Notes: a model not told the origin generated them from the letters alone. Counted from the first letter of the stretch, positions 10,048 to 15,859 are shown. The stretch: DNA of 20,000 nt from an uncultured virus (IMG/VR IMGVR_UViG_3300025771_000020) (IMGVR_UViG_3300025771_000020); one strand, 5' to 3'. Translations and numbers: made by a program.

Positions 10048-10076
10048 ATCATACTGCATTATGTATACTCTGTCAA
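10048..10076 (-). promoter_or_regulatory. Sigma70-type promoter TTGACA-17-TATGAT
   Basis: -35 at 10071-10076 and -10 at 10048-10053, upstream of the glycosyltransferase ATG. Confidence 0.75.
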
Positions 10077-10255
10077 GAATCTGTAATATCAGTAATGATA
10101 ATACAGTCATTCTCAACTTCAATATTAACTTCGGTTCCTTCATACCACCCCTTTTCATCACATATCCATTCGGGAATCTTTAAAAAATACTCCCCACTTA
10201 CTGGATCAATCTCTATAGTCGTAAAATTTTCTGCGCGATTTTTTTGCATCTCCAT
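10073..10255 (-). CDS. AbrB/MazE/SpoVT-like DNA-binding protein
   Basis: GEYFLKIPEWICDEKGWYEGTEVNIEVENDCIIIT matches the swapped-hairpin pattern (h.IP..h...hGh..G..h.h). Confidence 0.7.
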   Translation of the reverse strand: MEMQKNRAENFTTIEIDPVSGEYFLKIPEWICDEKGWYEGTEVNIEVENDCIIITDITDS

Positions 10256-10331
10256 TAAACCTAGTTGTTGTTTTTATATAGCAAAAAAATTTTTTATGTG
10301 CCTTTGAAATCTTAGAGGATTTTGTGTTGTG

Positions 10332-10415
10332 GAATTTTGTGTTTCTTTGAGATCTTGGAGAATTTTGTGTTCCTTTGAGATCTTAGAGAATTTTGTGTTC
10401 CTTTGAGATCTTAGA
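10332..10415. repeat. Tandem repeat, 3 x 28 bp (GAATTTTGTGTTCCTTTGAGATCTTAGA), with degenerate copies at about 10288-10330
   Basis: Units start at 10332, 10360 and 10388; the first has two substitutions. Confidence 0.95.
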
Positions 10416-10464
10416 CGACATCGTAACACTTTGTAGACTCTGGGGACCCATGGATTTTAATATA

Positions 10465-10484
10465 CGGGGGGGCGAACCCCCCCG
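10465..10484 (-). terminator. Very stable hairpin CGGGGGGG-TTCG-CCCCCCCG at the end of the early gene run
   Basis: 8-bp GC stem with a UUCG tetraloop on the minus strand, about 30 bp past the 10516 stop; no clear U-tract. Confidence 0.55.
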
Positions 10485-10515
10485 GACTGCTGTAACGAAC
10501 GAATGAGACTGCTGA

Positions 10516-10944
10516 TCAGGCAGCAAAGGTCTCAGGATATTGGCGGGCGATCCGCAGCACCTGCTGATCGATCTCCCACTCAGTGTCGCCGGGGCAGGAA
10601 CGATCCAGGACGCGGAAGCGGGAAAACTTCTGCCCAATGGAATCGGCAGAATGCCCGGACTCGGGGAATGCTGCCATGAAAGCAGAGACGACGGCATCGC
10701 GGTCGCCTTCGGTTGCAAGGTAGCGGTCGGCGATGAAAGCAGTCTGCTCTTCAGAGTAGGGCACTCGCTTAGAGGGCACCGCCATGGCAGCGGCAAGAGC
10801 GGCGTCCATGAGTTGCCGCCCCTTCTTAAAGAGCAGGCGCTCGGGGCGGTCCAGATTGGTCAGACCATACCCGGCAACATAGGCGGCGTTCTGCTGATAG
10901 AACTCCAGAGCGTTGCGGTCGGAAGCGGTCAGGGTTGAGGTCAT
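10516..10944 (-). CDS. Hypothetical protein with possible Myb/HTH-like domain (probable start 10944)
   Basis: GC-rich ORF; a TAGAAT -10 at 10976-10981 favours the second ATG. Contains RVPYSEEQ...HSADSIGQKF..FRVLD. Confidence 0.7.
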   Translation of the reverse strand: MTSTLTASDRNALEFYQQNAAYVAGYGLTNLDRPERLLFKKGRQLMDAALAAAMAVPSKRVPYSEEQTAFIADRYLATEGDRDAVVSAFMAAFPESGHSADSIGQKFSRFRVLDRSCPGDTEWEIDQQVLRIARQYPETFAA

Positions 10945-10986
10945 GAGTCGGTTTGGGTTCATTTGACTTGAGAGAATTCTACAGGG

Positions 10987-11211
10987 TCACCATACATATC
11001 GGGGACCGATAGCGTGACAGTTCACCCATTGTCCCTTTGAGGTGTCGCCGCTGAACCAAAGCATCTTCAGAATGGCGCGGCGTGAGACGTGGGTGTGACG
11101 GTGCTCAGTCAGAGGGGTGTTAAACCAGCGGACCCGTGCCGTTCCCGTGATAGGGTTCAAGCGGAGGGTCCAAACGCTCTGAGAGTCGCTGCAGTCGATT
11201 GGATAGCGCAT
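10987..11211 (-). CDS. KTSC-like small protein
   Basis: S.SV..L..NP.TG...V.W......H..VS..AI..ML.....SKGQWVN resembles the KTSC pattern. Confidence 0.55.
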   Translation of the reverse strand: MRYPIDCSDSQSVWTLRLNPITGTARVRWFNTPLTEHRHTHVSRRAILKMLWFSGDTSKGQWVNCHAIGPRYVW

Positions 11212-11233
11212 CGGGTTTCCGTTTGGTCCCCCT

Positions 11234-11261
11234 ATCCTATCAAATCAGGTGCCCCCTGCAA
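11234..11261 (-). promoter_or_regulatory. Sigma70-type promoter TTGCAG-16-TAGGAT with extended TGn
   Basis: Upstream of the 11211 ATG. Confidence 0.5.
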
Positions 11262-11289
11262 CCCCTCTCAGGCAAGTCTCATGAGTCTC

Positions 11290-11391
11290 TCAGAACTCAA
11301 TCGGTGTCGTGGTGATAGCATCCAACACGGAGAGCAGTCGCTCACCATTCTCTGCTTGAGACAGGAGTGCAATCATGAGACCAACGGACAT
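11290..11391 (-). CDS. Small hypothetical protein (33 aa), not in ORF track
   Basis: Hand translation MSVGLMIALLSQAENGERLLSVLDAITTTPIEF; fits the strand and spacing of neighbours. Confidence 0.6.
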   Translation of the reverse strand: MSVGLMIALLSQAENGERLLSVLDAITTTPIEF

Positions 11392-11432
11392 GAGAAAAAT
11401 GTTAATGAAGGACAGTGAGTTAATGTTAGTTG

Positions 11433-11453
11433 GGGGGAGAATGTGTCTCCCCC
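11433..11453. terminator. Hairpin GGGGGAGA-ATGTG-TCTCCCCC downstream of the KTSC gene
   Basis: 8-bp perfect stem about 12 bp after the 11466 stop; no U-tract. Confidence 0.45.
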
Positions 11454-11465
11454 TGACTGATACTA

Positions 11466-11690
11466 TCAGGCAGCAACCTTGATAGTTTCCAGATCCTTAT
11501 TGCGGATGCTGGTGTTCACAAAACGACCGACAGATTCCTCTGCCTTGATAACGTTATTCAGTTCATTCACGAAACCGCTAACATCAGCGGACTTGTAGTC
11601 GTATTGGCGACCACCGTTGAATTCGATGGTGACGGTATCACCTTCGGTAGCGATGGAGTTGATAGCGGAAGAAGTGAAGTTGGAGATCAT
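11466..11690 (-). CDS. KTSC domain-like protein
   Basis: SSAINSI....VTIEFNGGRQYDY......ESVGRFVNTSIR fits KTSC (SS.I..h.Y...L.V.F..G..Y.Y...S.G.FhN..IR). Confidence 0.7.
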   Translation of the reverse strand: MISNFTSSAINSIATEGDTVTIEFNGGRQYDYKSADVSGFVNELNNVIKAEESVGRFVNTSIRNKDLETIKVAA

Positions 11691-11791
11691 GTTGATAATA
11701 AAGCGATGGAATGTGATGTGTTTTGAGCGGGATGCATCACCCCCGCTGAGGTTATTAGAGAGGGGAAGTTTCCCACCCCTCAGTGATAACG

Positions 11792-12151
11792 TCAGGCAAG
11801 CAGAAGGTCGTTGGAAAGTGTGCCCAGTTTCATAGAGTTACGAAACTCAGTGACAAAGAACTCAGTGCCATTGTAGAGACGAATGAACCAATCGAAGTTC
11901 TTCTGAAAGACATGTTCTCCTGCGATTGCGTGCTCTGAGAGAATCGCATTCAGACGCGATTTGGTGGTGGTTGATTGATGCCCACCGTCCCAAAGGCGGA
12001 CGCCAAAGTCACCGACTTCTGCAATCTTACCACCGTGGAGATACACTGTGGAAATGTTAGTTTCAGGGTCGAAAGTAACAGCAGTGTTGCCAGATTGCCA
12101 GTTGATGCTGTTAGAAATGGCGGCGTTCATTTCCTGTTCGATCTTACGCAT
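11792..12151 (-). CDS. Hypothetical phage protein (119 aa)
   Basis: MRKIE...VYLHG.KIAEV...DGG.QSTTTKSRLNAIL...VFQKNFDWF; own promoter at 12178-12236. Confidence 0.85.
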   Translation of the reverse strand: MRKIEQEMNAAISNSINWQSGNTAVTFDPETNISTVYLHGGKIAEVGDFGVRLWDGGHQSTTTKSRLNAILSEHAIAGEHVFQKNFDWFIRLYNGTEFFVTEFRNSMKLGTLSNDLLLA

Positions 12152-12177
12152 TTGGTGTCGTTTGTGTGACTGAAGTC

Positions 12178-12236
12178 ACTATAGAACGGATGGGAGGGGT
12201 TTGGGGGAAATGGTGGACAGTCCCCCGACTGTCATC
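12178..12236 (-). promoter_or_regulatory. Bipartite early promoter 1 (palindrome plus TATAGT)
   Basis: GTGGACAGTC-CCCC-GACTGTCATC at 12213-12236; -10 at 12178-12183. Confidence 0.75.
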
Positions 12237-12519
12237 AACCGATCTGTTCGTGACCTCCATTGACTGCGGATTGTTCCCACACATGGTAGAACATATCCCA
12301 TGCCCACTTATCAGCAACAAAGGTAGAAATGTCTGCCTGTTCGCATACCCAATCGTATGCCATATCGCAGTCGGCGTCCATCTCTCCCACGAAATCATAG
12401 AGACCTTCGATTGCACTCCGGAATGCAGGATTCTCAACAGCAGACACAAACCACTTGCCAGTTTCATCATCTTTGATGATGTGATTGCCCTGCAGAGAGT
12501 GAGTGGCAGTGAAAGACAT
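12235..12519 (-). CDS. Acidic hypothetical protein (94 aa), paralog of 13987-14181
   Basis: F.SAIEGL..FV..MDAD.DM..DW pattern shared with the 13987 ORF. Confidence 0.8.
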   Translation of the reverse strand: MSFTATHSLQGNHIIKDDETGKWFVSAVENPAFRSAIEGLYDFVGEMDADCDMAYDWVCEQADISTFVADKWAWDMFYHVWEQSAVNGGHEQIG

Positions 12520-12546
12520 TTGGGTTGAACTCCCGACGACTTATGT

Positions 12547-12602
12547 AATATACACCAGATCGGTGCCTTGTGGGGGTTTGGTGGACAGTTGCCCAACTGG
12601 TC
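12547..12602 (-). promoter_or_regulatory. Bipartite early promoter 2
   Basis: GTGGACAGTT-GCCC-AACTGGTC at 12581-12602; TATATT at 12547-12552. Confidence 0.75.
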
Positions 12603-12648
12603 GGGCAGCCGCCCAGTTTGTGTTAGAAACTGGGCGACACAGTTAGTA

Positions 12649-12897
12649 TTACTCAGGCATCAAATCATTCAGGATTTCCTCATCATAAAGGTCCACAATC
12701 TCTGCCTTAAGTTGTTGCTCACTGATGTCATCAAAGTTGCTAACCAACAGATCAAATGCCAGTTGACACAAATCGTCCAGGTCCATGCCGTCAACAATCA
12801 TGTTGGCATAGTTCTCTTTCAGTTGCTGAAGTTTCTCTGAGTTCATGGTGGTGTCAGTCATGGTGTTTGTGTGATCGAAGGTGGAAAGGAATGCCAT
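12649..12897 (-). CDS. Acidic hypothetical protein (82 aa), paralog of 17477-17704
   Basis: LQQLKENYANMIVDGM...EIVDLYDEE versus LQFFKENYASVLVDEM...SIVEVYDKE. Confidence 0.8.
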   Translation of the reverse strand: MAFLSTFDHTNTMTDTTMNSEKLQQLKENYANMIVDGMDLDDLCQLAFDLLVSNFDDISEQQLKAEIVDLYDEEILNDLMPE

Positions 12898-13034
12898 CAG
12901 TAATCGATGTTGGAGTTGATGTAATCTTCTACGTTGAACTTGTTATCATCTTTCTCCCATTCTTCCTTGTAGTCGATGACATCGAAGATCTCACCGGAAG
13001 CATCTTGAATCTCAGACCAGAGTTCATCAAACAT
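12897..13034 (-). CDS. Small acidic protein (45 aa), not in ORF track
   Basis: Hand translation MFDELWSEIQDASGEIFDVIDYKEEWEKDDNKFNVEDYINSNIDY; TGATG coupling to the next gene. Confidence 0.8.
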   Translation of the reverse strand: MFDELWSEIQDASGEIFDVIDYKEEWEKDDNKFNVEDYINSNIDY

Positions 13035-13039
13035 GTGAA

Positions 13040-13210
13040 TCAAATGCAGATAGAGTAGCAAGCGACAGAAGAGGGAATGCCAGATAAACTCAGTTTGTAG
13101 TTCATCTCTTCAGCGTAATCATACGCATCCTCGGCATCATAAAAGGGTCCAATGTATTGAGGTTCGCTTAACTCATCAGAGTCAAACTTGACCATAACAT
13201 TGAGAAACAT
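13040..13210 (-). CDS. Hypothetical protein (probable start 13210, MFLNVMVKFDS...YIGPF)
   Basis: The track's start at 13237 overlaps the -10 box, so the internal ATG is preferred. Confidence 0.7.
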   Translation of the reverse strand: MFLNVMVKFDSDELSEPQYIGPFYDAEDAYDYAEEMNYKLSLSGIPSSVACYSICI

Positions 13211-13235
13211 GGGGTTGATCCCTGAGGACTTGATC

Positions 13236-13293
13236 AATATACACCGGATCGGGTCCCGGTGCCGGATTAGTGGACAGTTGGTGGATCGTCCAC
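13236..13293 (-). promoter_or_regulatory. Bipartite early promoter 3
   Basis: GTGGACAGTT...GTCCAC at 13270-13293; TATATT at 13236-13241. Confidence 0.75.
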
Positions 13294-13298
13294 TCGCG

Positions 13299-13351
13299 GC
13301 CGCCGATTCTCAATAGTGGATGTATATTGAGAACCGGAACGGTTAGTGTTA
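13299..13351. repeat. 53-bp direct repeat copy A, containing the palindrome CCGATTCTCAATA-N9-TATTGAGAACCGG
   Basis: Identical to 13934-13986. Confidence 0.95.
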
Positions 13352-13363
13352 GAAACTAACACA

Positions 13364-13546
13364 TCAATAACCTAACCAAACTAGAAACTCACCAGCATCC
13401 ACTCCCATGCTCCAATCCTGTTGGATTCCATACTCTTTCACAAAGTCATCCAAAACATAATGATTGCGGGAAACTGCCTCAGCGACAGCATACGAAATGC
13501 AACCATTCTGATCAGCAGTGTCAAGCAAAATTTCAGAGAAAGTCAT
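13364..13546 (-). CDS. Hypothetical protein (60 aa, ends VDAGEFLVWLGY)
   Basis: ORF track; strand-consistent and fills the cassette. Confidence 0.75.
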   Translation of the reverse strand: MTFSEILLDTADQNGCISYAVAEAVSRNHYVLDDFVKEYGIQQDWSMGVDAGEFLVWLGY

Positions 13547-13588
13547 TTTTTAAAGTGTGAATGTGCAGAGGTTAGTGTTACTAAATTA

Positions 13589-13846
13589 TCACAACTCCCA
13601 CAGCATTTCATTCATCTCATCAGCATCAATTGCAGGGTCATTCCATGCAACGTCGTCGCCAGTTTTTTCAAGATAGCGACCTACTTGCCCGTGCATCATA
13701 CAGCGGACAAACTTATCCCAAGGCGTCTCTAATCCTTCGCGGAAAGTCACACATGCTTTCGCAGTGTTGTAGAGAAATCGATCATTTTGAATCCAAAGGG
13801 CAGCATTCCAGGTTTCCCAGTTTGCCCATCCGTTGTAACCTTCCAT
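13589..13846 (-). CDS. Phage hypothetical protein (YNGWANWETWN N-terminus)
   Basis: 85 aa; the YNGW.N.ETWN..LW..ND pattern is recalled as common among phage early proteins. Confidence 0.85.
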   Translation of the reverse strand: MEGYNGWANWETWNAALWIQNDRFLYNTAKACVTFREGLETPWDKFVRCMMHGQVGRYLEKTGDDVAWNDPAIDADEMNEMLWEL

Positions 13847-13870
13847 TGTCGAATTCCTGAGGACTTAGAT

Positions 13871-13928
13871 ACAATAAACGATTTTGGACCCTGTGCCCAT
13901 TTTGTGTGCCACTTAGGTGATCGTCCAC
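13871..13928 (-). promoter_or_regulatory. Bipartite early promoter 4
   Basis: TGTGCCACTT...GTCCAC at 13905-13928; TATTGT at 13871-13876. Confidence 0.7.
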
Positions 13929-13933
13929 CGGCA

Positions 13934-13986
13934 GCCGCCGATTCTCAATAGTGGATGTATATTGAGAACCGGAACGGTTAGTGTTA
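13934..13986. repeat. 53-bp direct repeat copy B
   Basis: Identical to 13299-13351. Confidence 0.95.
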
Positions 13987-14181
13987 CTAACAGAGACTAC
14001 TCAGGTTAACATGAACCTCCTCAACTTTGTCCCATGCATCATCAGGAAGGTCACCACATTGTGCTTCCATAAAGTCACAAACCATCTCCCAATCTGCATC
14101 AAACATTTCAACAAACAATGGCAAAGATTCCAGAGCAGAGTTGAACAAATCTTCTTGAGTTTGAGTCATTTTGATCATCAT
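13987..14181 (-). CDS. Acidic hypothetical protein (64 aa), paralog of 12235-12519
   Basis: FNSALESLPLFVEMFDADWEMVCDF. Confidence 0.75.
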   Translation of the reverse strand: MMIKMTQTQEDLFNSALESLPLFVEMFDADWEMVCDFMEAQCGDLPDDAWDKVEEVHVNLSSLC

Positions 14182-14185
14182 GGTT

Positions 14186-14485
14186 TCAGTTAGTGATGAG
14201 ATCGAGGTTCAGATTGTTAACACAATTCACACCAGCGTAATACGCATCCAGGAAGTTATCGAAAACCTCAATAGTTTCAGTCACTGAATGGCGAGGATTG
14301 ACCTCTGTACGAATAGCAACTGCGAACACATCCACAGTACCATCATCAGTGTACTTTGCAGAGTGAGTGAGAATCACATTGTCGTTTTCCTTGAAACGAT
14401 AAACCGAACGGGTCGGAAGGTGATGAGCAGTCAATTCACTGCCAAAGTAAACTTCTGCTTTCCAACCTTGAGAGAAGAGAGACAT
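14186..14485 (-). CDS. Hypothetical protein (probable start 14485, MSLFSQGWK)
   Basis: The track's longer N-terminus runs through promoter 5. Confidence 0.75.
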   Translation of the reverse strand: MSLFSQGWKAEVYFGSELTAHHLPTRSVYRFKENDNVILTHSAKYTDDGTVDVFAVAIRTEVNPRHSVTETIEVFDNFLDAYYAGVNCVNNLNLDLITN

Positions 14486-14512
14486 TTGAGAGGCGTTTTT
14501 TTCCATGCACCT

Positions 14513-14569
14513 AATATGGCACAGAATCGGGGGGTTTGGGGCGAATAGTGGACACTTGCCCAACTGGTC
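14513..14569 (-). promoter_or_regulatory. Bipartite early promoter 5
   Basis: GTGGACACTT-GCCC-AACTGGTC at 14548-14569; CATATT at 14513-14518. Confidence 0.7.
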
Positions 14570-14631
14570 GGGCGGCTGCCTAGTTTCTAACACTAACCGT
14601 GCGTTTAGTTAGTGATACTTTGCGGCGGCCG

Positions 14632-14666
14632 CCGATTCTCAATAAGAGATGTATATTGAGAATCGG
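14632..14666. repeat. Palindrome copy C, CCGATTCTCAATA-N9-TATTGAGAATCGG (perfect 13-bp arms)
   Basis: Third copy of the element at 13303-13337 and 13938-13972. Confidence 0.93.
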
Positions 14667-14684
14667 TACGGTTACTATAAAGAA

Positions 14685-15005
14685 TCAGAGCGCACCATTC
14701 TCATTAACTTTGCCCCACACCAGTTGGTTACCATAAACACCCGCATAGTATGCACCAAAACTCACACCCATGCGCTCATCATTGTTGTCACAATTGCGGG
14801 TAAGATTCAGACCAAAGTAGAACTTGTCGCCAATCTGATGAGGTGTGGAAAACTTAACACGGCGCAGTTGTTGATATGCTGCTCCGATAATCACCGCGCA
14901 GATTGCACCAATGGTCATCAAATTAATCCAGAGTTGTTGATAATCAAACTCCATCACATCATCGACGAAGTTGATAGTTTGTGCGGAGAAAGTGCTGAAG
15001 TTCAT
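14685..15005 (-). CDS. Hypothetical membrane protein (106 aa)
   Basis: Hydrophobic segment LWINLMTIGAICAVIIGAAY. Confidence 0.75.
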   Translation of the reverse strand: MNFSTFSAQTINFVDDVMEFDYQQLWINLMTIGAICAVIIGAAYQQLRRVKFSTPHQIGDKFYFGLNLTRNCDNNDERMGVSFGAYYAGVYGNQLVWGKVNENGAL

Positions 15006-15064
15006 TGTTAGAAATTGTGAACGATTTGTGGGAGAAAAATGTGCCTTTCCTCAACCACGAACTA

Positions 15065-15122
15065 ACAATAACCCATCACCGGGGAAAATGGGGAAAATAG
15101 TGTGCAGTTCCCAGATTGGCAC
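15065..15122 (-). promoter_or_regulatory. Bipartite early promoter 6
   Basis: GTGTGCAGTT-CCCA-GATTGGCAC at 15100-15122; TATTGT at 15065-15070. Confidence 0.7.
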
Positions 15123-15168
15123 AATCTCATGAGTCTCTCTTCAAGATCATGTGCCAATCTGGGAACTG
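15105..15168. repeat. Perfect 19-bp inverted repeat CAGTTCCCAGATTGGCACA / TGTGCCAATCTGGGAACTG
   Basis: Arms at 15105-15123 and 15150-15168, with a 26-nt spacer. Confidence 0.95.
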
Positions 15169-15173
15169 GAAGT

Positions 15174-15329
15174 TTAAAAGATGTCTGAGTAATCCTTGAT
15201 GCTAACATCAACATGCTCATCACCTTCGAGATCTAGAATATCATTCCAGTCTAGATCTTCGGGGCGAAAGTCATCATAACACTCAACGTCGAGAGTAATG
15301 CGTACGTGGCGCTTTGTGTGCATGAGCAT
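15174..15329 (-). CDS. Small acidic protein (start 15329 or 15323)
   Basis: MLMHTKRHVRITLDVECYDDFRPEDLDWNDILDLEGDEHVDVSIKDYSDIF; the promoter overlaps the track's 15362 start. Confidence 0.75.
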   Translation of the reverse strand: MLMHTKRHVRITLDVECYDDFRPEDLDWNDILDLEGDEHVDVSIKDYSDIF

Positions 15330-15352
15330 GTATCTAGATGCGATGTTTGCGT

Positions 15353-15381
15353 ATTCTATCATGCATAATGCCTGTATGCAA
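15353..15381 (-). promoter_or_regulatory. Sigma70-type promoter TTGCAT-17-TAGAAT (extended TGn)
   Basis: -35 at 15376-15381, -10 at 15353-15358. Confidence 0.65.
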
Positions 15382-15565
15382 GCTCGTTGTAATCATATGT
15401 ATCTCGTGCATAATCCTCGTCGAGATCATATGTATCTTGCATATTATATGATGAGTGTACGCCCATCTCGTCGAGATCATATGTATGATCTTGTGCCTGA
15501 GTATAGTCGAGATCGTAATCGTCGTAGAACATGAGAGTCTCGTCGAGATGTGTGTTTACTTTATA

Positions 15566-15594
15566 AGTATATGATGATCTCGTCGAGATGTCAA
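15566..15594 (-). promoter_or_regulatory. Sigma70-type promoter TTGACA-17-TATACT with a palindromic repeat in the spacer
   Basis: -35 at 15589-15594, -10 at 15566-15571; ATCTCGTCGAGAT at 15577-15589. Confidence 0.75.
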
Positions 15595-15623
15595 GTGTGA
15601 GTCTCGTCGAGATCCATAACCAT

Positions 15624-15631
15624 TATTTATA
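15624..15631 (-). promoter_or_regulatory. Late promoter motif TATAAATA between two palindromic repeats
   Basis: Exact motif, flanked by the repeats at 15602-15612 and 15634-15644. Confidence 0.5.
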
Positions 15632-15681
15632 AGTCTCGTCGAGAAAATGTGTAGGTCTCATGATTTTTCGCGGCGCGGCAC

Positions 15682-15710
15682 TTGACAAACTGCGCGTCTT
15701 ATGATACGCT
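15682..15710 (+). promoter_or_regulatory. Plus-strand promoter TTGACA-17-TACGCT (extended TGn) with no downstream ORF
   Basis: Perfect -35 and 17-bp spacer; the only plus-strand promoter candidate noticed. Confidence 0.55.
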
Positions 15711-15859
15711 CGCTAAACTTGCATCAGGGAGGGACCTTTTCATAAGATATAAAGCATAAGATCTGGTGGTTTCAGAAGGTTTTAATGAGGTTTATAAAGC
15801 ATAAGAATGAGGTGCTTTATGAGAGGTTTATGAGGTTCTTTATGAGTATTAAAAGATAC

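Larger units (their letters stand above)
15416..15644. repeat. Array of palindromic (T)CTCGTCGAGA repeats
   Basis: CTCGTCGAGA at 15416, 15467, 15539, 15579, 15603 and 15635; partial GTCGAGA at 15506. Confidence 0.95.

Noticed and set aside
10073..10255. AbrB-like gene as the antitoxin of a toxin-antitoxin pair
   Set aside because: No adjacent PIN, MazF or Doc-like toxin; the downstream gene is glycosyltransferase-like with its own promoter.
8835..10307. Plus-strand ORFs of 211 and 187 aa
   Set aside because: They overlap a tightly coupled set of better-supported minus-strand genes.
10332..10415. 28-bp repeats as a CRISPR array
   Set aside because: Head-to-tail with no spacers, and no cas genes in the window.
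10383..10938. ORFs 10383-10796 (-) and 10540-10938 (+)
   Set aside because: Alternative frames of the GC-rich 10516 gene; the first runs through the hairpin and into a 28-bp (non-triplet) repeat.
12144..12596. ORF 12144-12596 (-, 150 aa) and the plus-strand ORFs between 11089 and 15011
   Set aside because: They cross promoter cassettes or shadow better-supported minus-strand genes.
13299..14666. Repeats as integron attC sites or IS/MITE ends
   Set aside because: No integrase or transposase in the window, no target-site duplications, and no attC-type RYYYAAC...GTTRRRY bracket with extrahelical bases could be confirmed.
15298..15534. Plus-strand 78-aa ORF with RRDHMY repeats
   Set aside because: The peptide repeats simply translate the DNA repeats, and the ORF overlaps a minus-strand gene and promoter.
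15416..15644. CTCGTCGAGA array as a mini-CRISPR
   Set aside because: Repeats are only 10-13 bp and spacing is irregular (24-72 bp start to start).
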